NCBI GenBank assembly: GCA_031459385.1
Contig: JAVKIP010000014.1
Location: forward strand, 13,717-77,716
DNA: 64,000 nucleotides
Direction of reading: 5' to 3'
From: Candidatus Fervidifonticultor secundus
Lineage (GTDB): Bacteria > Sysuimicrobiota > Sysuimicrobiia > Sysuimicrobiales > Humicultoraceae
This document shows, piece by piece, positions 45,558-54,056 of the stretch. The translations under genes were made by a program, and so were the position numbers. How positions within the stretch are numbered: the stretch's first letter is position 1; each line of letters opens with the position of its first letter. The notes under the pieces are model-generated. The model searched no databases. It was not told the DNA's origin and was given only the letters and a program-made list of their open reading frames with translations.

Positions 45558-46145
45558 TCAGGCCTGCTGGCGTGCCGGCGCCGCGGTCCTCTTGAAGACC
45601 CGCCCGGGCCGCCACGGCGTGCCCAGTAGCGGCAGCAGGTAGTAGTCCAGACCGATGTACCCGGCGACCTTCCAGGCCAGGATCAGCAGGATCGCCAGGA
45701 GGAACATGACCGGATTGGTGCTGGCGGTGCCTGCCATCATGAAGTTCCAGTTCATGAACGCGCCGAAGAAGGCCGCGATCCCGGTGAAGATCCCCAGCAC
45801 CAGCGCGATCCCGACCAGCAGCTCGCCCCAGGCCACCAGCTTGGCGAACCAGGTATGCGTCTCGGTGGCCAGCAGGTAGTTGATGAAGTCGCGATACCAG
45901 TCGAACGCGATGGGCGGACGGCCCCGCGCCGGAATCTGGACGGCGCGCTCCCAGAAGCCCTTGACCGCGGCACCGGTGACCACCCAGTCGGGGTCGTTCA
46001 CCTTGTGCAGCGCCGCATCGATCCACTGCCAGCCCACCCAGACGCGCACGATCAGCCACAGCCAGACCACCCTGGTGCTGCTGAAGAGGAACGTGGCCAG
46101 CGGGGGATCCTGGATCTCCGTCCGGCCGACGTTGACTTTCGCCAT
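45558..46145 (-). CDS. DoxX/DoxD-family membrane protein
   Basis: RVWVGWQWI, WYRDF, GELLVGIALVLG, MNWNFMMAGTASTNP, GLD. Confidence 0.88.
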   Translation of the reverse strand: MAKVNVGRTEIQDPPLATFLFSSTRVVWLWLIVRVWVGWQWIDAALHKVNDPDWVVTGAAVKGFWERAVQIPARGRPPIAFDWYRDFINYLLATETHTWFAKLVAWGELLVGIALVLGIFTGIAAFFGAFMNWNFMMAGTASTNPVMFLLAILLILAWKVAGYIGLDYYLLPLLGTPWRPGRVFKRTAAPARQQA

Positions 46146-46195
46146 CGTTCCTCACCTCCCGTCTTGCAGGCTACGGGCAGACCGATAGCGTCGGT

Positions 46196-46248
46196 ATCGG
46201 GCGCAAGTTCGATTTTTGGCCCGGGCCCCCCTCCGGCGGGGGCCCGAT
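46196..46248. promoter_or_regulatory. Two regulon boxes in the divergent doxX / ytfJ-like promoter
   Basis: ATCGGG-cgcaag-TTCGAT 46196 (minus -10 TAGCCT, 22 nt); CTCCGG-N6-CCCGAT 46231-46248 (-10 TATCCT, 21 nt). Confidence 0.75.
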
Positions 46249-46316
46249 GTCCGCCCCGGGGCGAGACGGTATCCTGGAGCCGGGATCGGTTGTCGGCTCC
46301 CGAGGAGGCGAGGGGC

Positions 46317-46697
46317 ATGCTGGAGGATCTGATCGGGCGCATCGCGCGCATCGACGAACAGGCCACGGTCAAGACGGTCTTTGGCGATCCCATCCGGGCC
46401 GATGGCCGCACCCTTGTGCCGGTCGCCAGAGTAGCCTACGGGTTCGGCTTCGGCCTGGGCCGCAATCAGGAGAAGGAGCAGGGGACCGAGGAGACCGGCG
46501 AGGGTGGCGGGGGCGGGGGCGGCGCCTGGGTGCGGCCGATGGCGGTCCTGGAGATCACCGACGCCGGCACCAGGGTCCGGCCGATCGTGGACGTGACGCG
46601 GCTCGTGCTGGCCGGCCTGGCGCTGGTAGCGTGGAACGTCTTCTGGGTCGCCTACACCGTGCGGGCGGTCGAGCGCGCCCGCGCGCGGCGGGCGTAG
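46317..46697 (+). CDS. YtfJ/GerW-family protein
   Basis: TVFGDPI, TLVPVARVAYGFGFG, GGGGGGG..VRPMAVL. Confidence 0.85.
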   Translation: MLEDLIGRIARIDEQATVKTVFGDPIRADGRTLVPVARVAYGFGFGLGRNQEKEQGTEETGEGGGGGGGAWVRPMAVLEITDAGTRVRPIVDVTRLVLAGLALVAWNVFWVAYTVRAVERARARRA

Positions 46698-46725
46698 CGC
46701 CCGGGGTGCTGGGGTGTGGCTTCAT

Positions 46726-48000
46726 TCAAAGCAGCAGGGCCGCCAGTGCCACCGTCCCGGCCACCACGGCCGCGCCCTGCACGACCACGAGCGTGCGACG
46801 GAACGGGGCGCTGCCCAGCCAGAGGGCATACGCGGCCTTGGCTGCAGTGTTGGCGAGAACGGCCAGCGCAATTGCGCTCGCCGCCACCTCTGGGCGGAGA
46901 TGGCGGCCAGCTGCGCTGGCCAGCGCCAGCGTGATCGCGTCCACGTCGGTCAGGCCGGCGAGCACTGCGGCAGCTACCACGCCCCACGCGCCCGTGTAGC
47001 GCGACGCCGCTTCTACGGCCAGCAGCACCAGCGCGTAGAGCGCGGTGAAGCGGATGGCCTGCGACAGCCGGAACGGGCTGGCCACACCCGGCGCTGCCTC
47101 GCGCGCTGGTGCGCCCCGCCGGGCCAGCACCGCCACGGTTGCCACACCACCGGCCAGCGCGGCGCCGAGGAACGGCGCGAGTCCGGGCAGTACCGCCGGC
47201 CCCGCGATAGCCGTCAGCGTGCCGACGCGCACCAGCATGACCAGCGACGCCAGACCCGCAGCGACGGCCAGCGGGGTGGCCCGCGCCGGTTCCTCCCGGG
47301 AGCGCGTCGCGAACGACACGGTGACCGCCGTGCTGGAGACCAGGCCGCCCAGCAGCCCGCTGACGTACAGCCCGCGCGCTTCCCCCCAGATTCGCATCCC
47401 GATGAACGCCAGGAACGAGAAACCGCAGACCAGCACGACTATGCCCCAGAGGTGGCGCGGGTTCCACACGCCCCAGGGACCGTAGCGCGCGTCGGGGAGG
47501 AGGGGGAGCACGACCGCCGCGATCACCGCCAGCACCAGCGCTGCCCGGACCTCGTCGCGGCTCAGCCCGCGCGGGAACGCCTCCAGGCGCTCTTTGGACG
47601 CCAGCAGCACCGTCATGCCGATGCCCAGGACGGCCGCCGGCAGCAGTGCGCCGGCGCCAGCCAGCACCCCGACCCAGTACGTAGCCAGCGCCGCGGTCTC
47701 GGTGGTCGTGCCGATGTCGCTGCGGCTGCTGCGGAAATACGAGACGGTGACCAGTGCGGCCACGGCCACGAACCCGGTGATCACGGCCACACCGATCTGC
47801 CCCGATGCCAGGACCAGGACCGCTCCGAGGACGCAGAACAGGGGAAACGTCCTGACGCCTGCGAACTGGGGCGTGCCCGCACCCTCGGCGCGCTCCCGCT
47901 CGATGCCGATCAGGCCGCCGAGCGCCGCCGCCACCATCAGCCGCAGGAGGATGGACTCGGTCGCCTCGGCAGGCTGGAAGAGGTCGAGCCCGCCAGTCAT
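46726..48000 (-). CDS. MgtC/SapB plus DUF4010 membrane protein
   Basis: GGLIGIERE, AGVRTF, GTTTE, GGLVSSTA, GLTDVDAI. Confidence 0.9.
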   Translation of the reverse strand: MTGGLDLFQPAEATESILLRLMVAAALGGLIGIERERAEGAGTPQFAGVRTFPLFCVLGAVLVLASGQIGVAVITGFVAVAALVTVSYFRSSRSDIGTTTETAALATYWVGVLAGAGALLPAAVLGIGMTVLLASKERLEAFPRGLSRDEVRAALVLAVIAAVVLPLLPDARYGPWGVWNPRHLWGIVVLVCGFSFLAFIGMRIWGEARGLYVSGLLGGLVSSTAVTVSFATRSREEPARATPLAVAAGLASLVMLVRVGTLTAIAGPAVLPGLAPFLGAALAGGVATVAVLARRGAPAREAAPGVASPFRLSQAIRFTALYALVLLAVEAASRYTGAWGVVAAAVLAGLTDVDAITLALASAAGRHLRPEVAASAIALAVLANTAAKAAYALWLGSAPFRRTLVVVQGAAVVAGTVALAALLL

Positions 48001-48072
48001 GGCTCGTACTCCGCGGTCAGTGCCACGCGGCCCGCGAGGGTACGGGCGGACAGCGCCATGCCGGCCCGGCGT

Positions 48073-48204
48073 CTAGGCTTCCGCCGCCCGGTGCCAGCGC
48101 CAGGCGAAGTAGAGGATATACGTGGCCAGTGCGGCGAGCGCCAGGCCGGTCAGCAGGCCCGCGCCCAGCAGCGTCCAGCGCACCACCCGCGCGGTCTCTG
48201 TCAT
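48073..48204 (-). CDS. 43-aa single-pass small membrane protein
   Basis: MTETARVVRWTLLGAGLLTGLALAALATYILYFAWRWHRAAEA; regulon box upstream. Confidence 0.5.
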   Translation of the reverse strand: MTETARVVRWTLLGAGLLTGLALAALATYILYFAWRWHRAAEA

Positions 48205-48239
48205 GTTCCCATTACACCACAGCCCGGTCGCCCAATTCC

Positions 48240-48384
48240 CTCGGCCGGCCGCCCGATTTCTCCCCTCGGGCCGGCAGCCGACCGGCGGTGGGGGGTGCGC
48301 GGTACGACGGGAGCGCGGGCGCGGCCGGCCCCGGGCGGGCCGGGTGGGCACCCGATGGCGCGCTGCCGCCGGTCGTGCCATGCT
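48240..48384. promoter_or_regulatory. Three regulon boxes plus the -10 of ybaK paralog 2
   Basis: CTCGGC-N6-CCCGAT 48240; CTCGGG-N6-GCCGAC 48265; GCCGGG-N6-CCCGAT 48339-48356, 22 nt, TG-C-CATGCT 48379. Confidence 0.75.
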
Positions 48385-48430
48385 GGAGGCAAACCCTCAC
48401 TATATATAGGCGCAGAGAGGGGGATGCCCA

Positions 48431-48904
48431 GTGACCTGCCGCGAGCGCCTGGAGCAGATGTTCAGGAACGCACAGGTAGCCTACCGCGTCACGCCCCACC
48501 CGCCCGCCTTCACCGCGCAGGAGATCGCCGCCGCCGAGCACGTAAGCGGCTACGAGGTCGCCAAGGTCGTAATGGCCCTGGCCGACGACCGCTTGGTGAT
48601 GCTCGTGCTGCCCGCCCCGTACCGCGTGGACCTGGTGCGGCTGAAGCAGCAGCTCGGCGCGGCGGCTGTGCGTCTGGCGCACGAGCGCGAGTTCGCCAAC
48701 GTCTTCCCCGACTGCGAGGTCGGCGCCATGCCGCCGTTCGGCAACCTCTACAACATTCCCGTGTACGTCGACCGCGCGCTGACGGCCGACCGGGAGATTA
48801 CGTTCAACGCCGGCTCGCACCGCGAGACCATGACCGTCGCCTACGCGGATTTCGAGCGGCTGGCGCAACCCACAGTGCTGGAGTTCGCCCGCGGCCCCCG
48901 GTGA
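48431..48904 (+). CDS. YbaK/EbsC-family aminoacyl-tRNA deacylase (paralog 2)
   Basis: AKVVM, FPDCEVGAMPPFG, FNAGSH. Confidence 0.9.
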   Translation: MTCRERLEQMFRNAQVAYRVTPHPPAFTAQEIAAAEHVSGYEVAKVVMALADDRLVMLVLPAPYRVDLVRLKQQLGAAAVRLAHEREFANVFPDCEVGAMPPFGNLYNIPVYVDRALTADREITFNAGSHRETMTVAYADFERLAQPTVLEFARGPR

Positions 48905-48940
48905 GCTGCGCGGCCCGCGCTGCGCCGTGGGCTTCGACCC

Positions 48941-50683
48941 TCAGCGGCGCGCCGCGCGATAGTACCGCCAGGCCAGCAAGCTCGTGGCGCCCTGCAGGCC
49001 CAGCCGGGTGTTGCCCAGCGTGTTGCGCACCACCGGCTGGGTCTTCGGATTGGTGAAGTACATGGTCGGGACCTGGTCGGCGACGATCTCCTGCCACCGG
49101 AAGTAGAGCGCCCGGCGCTTCGCCTGGTCCACCTCGCGGGCCACCTGCTCGAAGATGCGGTCGATCTCGGCCTCCCAGTCGGTGGCAGGTGTGGGCTGGC
49201 GCGGGTTCCAGTCGTGCAGCGCGCCCGAGGACAGCCAGTAGGTGCGGGCCACGCCGGGCTCGATGTCGCCGGTGAGGCCGATGATGATGGCGTCCCAGCG
49301 GAACGTGTTGTCGAGTTTCGTCACCAGGTTCGCAAAGGGCTCCGGGGCGAAGACGACCGCGATGCCCAGGCGCTCGAAGTCCTGCCGCACCAGGTTCCCG
49401 ATGGCGACGCCGTCCGGGCTCTCCGCGCTCACCGAGAGCGTGAACGCCACCGGGTTGCCCCCGGCGTCGCGCAGCCGGCCGTCGGGCCCCGTGCGGAAGC
49501 CCGCCTCCTCCAGCAGCCGCCCGGCGCGGGGCAGGTCATACGGGTAGCGCCGGACGTTTGGGTTGTAGTAGAGGCGGTTGGCGATGCTGACTGGGCTCCA
49601 CGCCGGCGTGGCCCGACCCAGGTACACCTGCCGGACGATCGTGTCGCGGTCGATGGCGTGGTTGAGGGCGCGGCGGAAGCGCACGTCCTGGAACCACGTG
49701 AGCTTCGGCGGGGCCAGGCCCCGCGGATTCTGGTTGAACACCAGGTACTGGGACGAGAACGTCTCCGGCCCGTCGTAAACCGTGTAGTTCCCCGCGCGCT
49801 CGCCCGCCTTCAACTCGGCGTACTCGCGCGGCCGGGCGTCGTAGAGGTCGATCTCGCCGGCGAGGAACTTGAGGCGCTCGGCGTCCTGGTTGCGTACGAA
49901 CAGCAGCACGTACCGGTCGAGGTAGGGCAGCCGCGTCCCGGCGCGGTCCACCTGCCAGTAATAGGGGTTGCGCCGGTAGGTGGCGCGCTGGCCGAAGACG
50001 TAGGTCTGCATCACGAACGGCCCGCTGCCGACGAGTTCGCGCGGCGGGGTGTTGATGCCCCAGGTGGTGTTGAAGGCCGCGGCGCCCCGCGCCAGGGCGG
50101 CCTGCAGCCTGTGCTTCGGGATGATCGTGACGCTGCTCAGCAGCCGGAGGAAGAAGCCCACTGGCTCGGGCGTGGTCAGCGCGACGCGTCGCGCATCCAG
50201 CACGCGCCAGCGCACCGGCTGCCCCTTGAAGGTGAGCAGGTCGGCCGCGGTGCTCTGCACGCCCTTCGTGAAGATCACCTGCAGGCTGAAGGCCACGTCG
50301 TCGGCCGTCAGGGGCCGGCCGTCGGACCACCGGAGCCCGGCGCGCAGCACGAACGTCCAGGTGCGCCGGTCGGGCGACAGCGTCCACGACTCGGCCAGCG
50401 CGGGCTCCATCTCGCCGGTGAGGTAGTTGCTCTCGACGAGCGCGTCGAAGAGTGGCCCGACGACCGCGCCCGACGACGTGTCGGTGATGACGACGGGGTT
50501 GAACGTGCGCGGCTCGCCGCTCTGCGCGTCGACCAGCGTGCCACCGGCCCGGCCGATCTCCGGCGCGTCGACGGCGACCTTGGGGTTCGGCAGGTCGGGC
50601 AGCGCCGGCGCTGCCCAGCCCGGTGGGGGGGCGGTCGCCAGGGCTGCCGCCAGGGCCAGGCGGAGCGCGCCGCCGCGCGCCAT
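48941..50683 (-). CDS. Family-5 (peptide/nickel) ABC substrate-binding protein, orphan
   Basis: EPRTFNP, PALAESW, WSDGRPLTADDV, GSGPF, RNPYYW, LPYLD; start could be GTG 50755. Confidence 0.9.
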   Translation of the reverse strand: MARGGALRLALAAALATAPPPGWAAPALPDLPNPKVAVDAPEIGRAGGTLVDAQSGEPRTFNPVVITDTSSGAVVGPLFDALVESNYLTGEMEPALAESWTLSPDRRTWTFVLRAGLRWSDGRPLTADDVAFSLQVIFTKGVQSTAADLLTFKGQPVRWRVLDARRVALTTPEPVGFFLRLLSSVTIIPKHRLQAALARGAAAFNTTWGINTPPRELVGSGPFVMQTYVFGQRATYRRNPYYWQVDRAGTRLPYLDRYVLLFVRNQDAERLKFLAGEIDLYDARPREYAELKAGERAGNYTVYDGPETFSSQYLVFNQNPRGLAPPKLTWFQDVRFRRALNHAIDRDTIVRQVYLGRATPAWSPVSIANRLYYNPNVRRYPYDLPRAGRLLEEAGFRTGPDGRLRDAGGNPVAFTLSVSAESPDGVAIGNLVRQDFERLGIAVVFAPEPFANLVTKLDNTFRWDAIIIGLTGDIEPGVARTYWLSSGALHDWNPRQPTPATDWEAEIDRIFEQVAREVDQAKRRALYFRWQEIVADQVPTMYFTNPKTQPVVRNTLGNTRLGLQGATSLLAWRYYRAARR

Positions 50684-50757
50684 GCGCCCGAGGGATGTGC
50701 CGCGGAGATCGCGCGCCACGCGCAGCCGGCATGGCCCTGCCAGGCCTCCAGCCACGT

Positions 50758-51201
50758 TCAGTGCGTGTGCGCCGCCTCGGCTTGGCGCAGGCGCTGCGAC
50801 AGCGTGCGCATCACCTTCGCGGCCAGCGTGGGTGCCTCGGACACCAGCGTCCAGAACTCGCGGTGCCCGATCACGAGGAGCCGCATGGGGGTCGCGGCGT
50901 CCACCGTGGCCGAGCGCGGGCCGCCGTCTATCAGGCTCATCTCACCGAAGAACTCGCCGGGACCCAGGCGCACCGTGCGGCCGTTGGGGAGGCGCACGGT
51001 CGCCTGGCCTTCGACGATGACGTACAGCTCGTGCCCGGGCTGGCCGACGGCAGCCAGGCGCTTCCCCTGCGGGACCTCCACCTCATCGGCCAGACGCGCC
51101 ACCCGCTGCAGCTGGGCCGCCGAGAGGGCGGCGAACAGGGGAACCTTCTGGAGCAGCGCAACCTTACCCGACGCCGACCGCCAGATCCGCACAGCGCTCA
51201 C
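50758..51201 (-). CDS. Stand-alone cyclic nucleotide-binding domain protein
   Basis: LQKVPLFAALS, GEFFGEMSLIDGGPRSATV; no HTH. Confidence 0.9.
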   Translation of the reverse strand: MSAVRIWRSASGKVALLQKVPLFAALSAAQLQRVARLADEVEVPQGKRLAAVGQPGHELYVIVEGQATVRLPNGRTVRLGPGEFFGEMSLIDGGPRSATVDAATPMRLLVIGHREFWTLVSEAPTLAAKVMRTLSQRLRQAEAAHTH

Positions 51202-51538
51202 CTCCCGGAGATCGGTCCAGTGATTCCCGGCGGCGTCGTGGCCTCCTGCCGCTGCCGGTCACCGTCAGCTTGCTGGCTGCGCACTTGAGCCGGTGACCGC
51301 CGGCCAGCAGGTCGGCGCCCAGCCAGACGTTCTGCTGGCCGAGCGGCGAGGCGTACGTGTAGGCTACGGTGACCCGCAGCCGCGCGCCCCAGGCGCTCGA
51401 CGGCGCAGTTGGCCACATCGTCGGTGGTGGCCGAAGGCTGCTCGTCACCCGATCCGGTCCCCACGCGCAGACGCCCAGGTGCACCTCCATGCGTTGCTCC
51501 CTGTGGGGCGGCCTCCATACGGCCGCCCACTTGCCCGG

Positions 51539-52486
51539 CTATCCAGCCACCGCCCGCCGCAGCACCTCGGGCGCGATGTTGGCGCCGGTGACCAGCAGCA
51601 CCACCGGCCCGGCGGGCGGCCTGTCCTCGGCCAGCAGCGCCGCGGTCGCCGCAGCCCCGGCCGGTTCGGCCACGACGTGCTCGTCCAGCAGCAGCACCCG
51701 GATCGCAGCCAGCATGGCCTCGTCGCTCACCAGCCGCACGTCGTCCACCAGGCGCCGGATGGCTGCGACGTTGGCGGCCACTGGCGTGCGCGTGGCCAGG
51801 CCGTCGGCGATCGTCTGGCAGGTGGGGGTGGGCACCGGCCGGCCCGCGCGCCACGACAGCGCGTAGGCCGGCGCGCCCTCGGCCTGCACGCCGACGATGC
51901 GAATCCCGGGCCGCAGATGTCGCGCTGCCAGCGCCACCCCGCGGATGAGCGCCGTGTCCCCCACGGGCACGTAGAGGGCGGCGGTGTCCTGGGTCTGTTC
52001 GACGATCTCGCACGCGATGGTGGCCGCGCCCGCCGGGAGGTCGGGGTCGGTGGCATCGTCCAGGAAGTACGCGCCGGTGGCCGCCGCGTGCGCGCGCGCC
52101 GCCTGCGCGGCCTCGGCCAGGTCGGCGCCGCCCTCGATGACCCGCGCGCCCTGCGCTGCGATGCGCGCGCGCTTGACCGGGTTCGGGTTGCGCGGCAGGA
52201 AGATGGTGGCCGGGAGGCCCAGCAGCCGCGCGGCGTAGGCCACGGCCGCGCCGTGGTTGCCGGTGCTGGCGGCGACCACCTCGGCCACGGGCCCGCGCTG
52301 GCGGCACGCCCAGAGCGCGTAGAGGGCCCCGCGCGGCTTGAACGACCCGGTGGGCAGGTCGGTCTCGAGCTTGAGGTAGACCCGCCCGCCGACCCGCCGC
52401 GCGAGCGCCTCGGCCGGCACCAGCCGCGTCGGTGCCAGGTGGGCGTGCAGCACGCGGCGGGCGTCTTCCACCTGCGCGAACGTCAC
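51539..52486 (-). CDS. PLP-dependent serine/threonine dehydratase family protein
   Basis: LKLE...GSFKPRG, STGNHG, EPAGA, TGAN. Confidence 0.9.
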   Translation of the reverse strand: MTFAQVEDARRVLHAHLAPTRLVPAEALARRVGGRVYLKLETDLPTGSFKPRGALYALWACRQRGPVAEVVAASTGNHGAAVAYAARLLGLPATIFLPRNPNPVKRARIAAQGARVIEGGADLAEAAQAARAHAAATGAYFLDDATDPDLPAGAATIACEIVEQTQDTAALYVPVGDTALIRGVALAARHLRPGIRIVGVQAEGAPAYALSWRAGRPVPTPTCQTIADGLATRTPVAANVAAIRRLVDDVRLVSDEAMLAAIRVLLLDEHVVAEPAGAAATAALLAEDRPPAGPVVLLVTGANIAPEVLRRAVAG

Positions 52487-52489
52487 GGC

Positions 52490-53314
52490 CTACCCCTTCA
52501 CCGCGCCGGCCGTCAGCCCGTGGATGAAGTGCTGCGCGAGCAGCACGTACAGGCCCACGATGGGCACCGCGGCCAGCGTCAGGCCCGCGAACAGGGTGGC
52601 GTAGTCGGTGTAGTACTGGCCGAAGAAGACGGTCATGCCCTGCGGCAGCGTCTTGCGCGCGTCGGACTGGATGAAGACCAGCGGGAAGAAGAAGTCGTTC
52701 CAGATGGGGATGGCGTTATAGATCGTCACGATGACCAGCGCGGGTCGCACCAGCGGCAGCATGATGCGCGTGAAGATCGTCCACTCGCTGGCCCCGTCGA
52801 TGCGCGCCGCCCCCTCCAGGTCGGCGGGCAGCGTGCGGAAGAAGCCCGTGAGGATGAAGATGGCGCTGGGCAGGCCCGAGGCCGCGTAGACCAGGATCAG
52901 CGACCACAGCGAGTCCAGCAGGCCCAGGTTGCGCATGAGGATGAAGAGCGGCACAATCCCCAGGCGCACGGGCAGCATGAGCCCGCTGAGGAAGTAGAGG
53001 TAGAGGACGTCCCCGCCGCGGAAGGCGAACCGCCCCAGCGCGTAGCCGGCCATGGCGCCCAGGGCCACCAGCACCACGACCGACGCGACGGTGACGATCA
53101 CGCTGTTCTGGAAGTACGCGCCGAAGCGCGCCTCCACCCAGACCCGCTGGAAGTTGTCCGCGCGCCAGACCGCCGGCAGGCCGAAGGGATTCTGGAAGAT
53201 CTCCCGCGTCGACTTGAACGCCGACAGCACCATGATACCCACAGGCGCCAGGACCAGCAGGGCGTTGGCCGCCAGCACCGCCTGGACGACGGGCGTCCAC
53301 CCCGACCGGCGCAT
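52490..53314 (-). CDS. Carbohydrate ABC permease (MalG-like)
   Basis: AGYALGR, LEGAARIDGA EAA loop, WNDFFFPL. Confidence 0.93.
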   Translation of the reverse strand: MRRSGWTPVVQAVLAANALLVLAPVGIMVLSAFKSTREIFQNPFGLPAVWRADNFQRVWVEARFGAYFQNSVIVTVASVVVLVALGAMAGYALGRFAFRGGDVLYLYFLSGLMLPVRLGIVPLFILMRNLGLLDSLWSLILVYAASGLPSAIFILTGFFRTLPADLEGAARIDGASEWTIFTRIMLPLVRPALVIVTIYNAIPIWNDFFFPLVFIQSDARKTLPQGMTVFFGQYYTDYATLFAGLTLAAVPIVGLYVLLAQHFIHGLTAGAVKG

Positions 53315-54056
53315 CAGACGCCGCCTCGGCTGCGCGGTTAAACGAGCCGATGAAGGTCAAAATGACGATGATCGTCACCGCAGGCGCCAGCAGCGGCAGG
53401 ATGATCCGCCGCGTTACCTCCCACTCCGAGGCGCCGTCGATGCGCGCGGCCTCCAGGTAGTCGTCGGGCACGGCGTGGATCCCGGCCAGGAAGACCAGGG
53501 TGGGGAAGCCCAACCACCGCCACGCGTTCACCAGCACCAGCGTCACCAACGCCGTGGCCGGGTCGCCCAGCCACGGCCGGGCTAGGTGGCCGAGGCCGGC
53601 CAGCGCCAGCGCCTTGTTGACGACGCCGAAGATCGGATTGAGGAAGAGCGCCCACAGGAAGCCCACGATCACCAGCGACAGGGTCACGGGCAGGAAGAAG
53701 ATGACCCGGTAGGCTCGGGCGCCCCACGGGCCGCGGGCCAGCAGCAGGGCCAGGCCCAGCGCGGTCAGGTTCTGGATCCCCATGGTGAGGACGAACACCA
53801 CCACGTTGTGCCAGAAGGCGTTCCACAGCAGCCGCGGGTAGGGGAATGTCGCGACCAGCCGGGCGAAGTTGCCGAGCCCGATGAACTCCCGCCGGCCGAT
53901 CCCCTCCCAGCGGAAGAGGCTGTAGGCCAGCGCCGACAGGATCGGGTAGGTGATGAAGGTCGCGAAGAGCAGGCCGGCCGGCGCCAGGAAGATCAGCAGC
54001 CACAGGCGCCGGCCGGTCCGGAGGCTCAGGCGCGGGCGCCTACCGCCTGAAGGCAT
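53313..54056 (-). pseudogene. Carbohydrate ABC permease (MalF-like), 3' end deleted/frameshifted
   Basis: EAARIDGA present; homology stops at TFIGSFN, the last loop and TM helix are missing and the frame runs into the next gene. Confidence 0.8.

Noticed and set aside
21902..48356. CCCGAT/GCCGAT read as a sigma-28 -10 element or as a REP/CRISPR repeat
   Set aside because: It occurs as an inverted pair with a variable 6-nt core and a separate -10 hexamer 21-23 nt away; no TAAA -35 and no repeat-spacer periodicity
51164..51490. 108-aa ORF with a protein-like segment (LRVTVAYTYASPLGQQNVWLGADLL)
   Set aside because: Possibly a gene remnant, but no recognisable family, and it overlaps the next gene; not supportable
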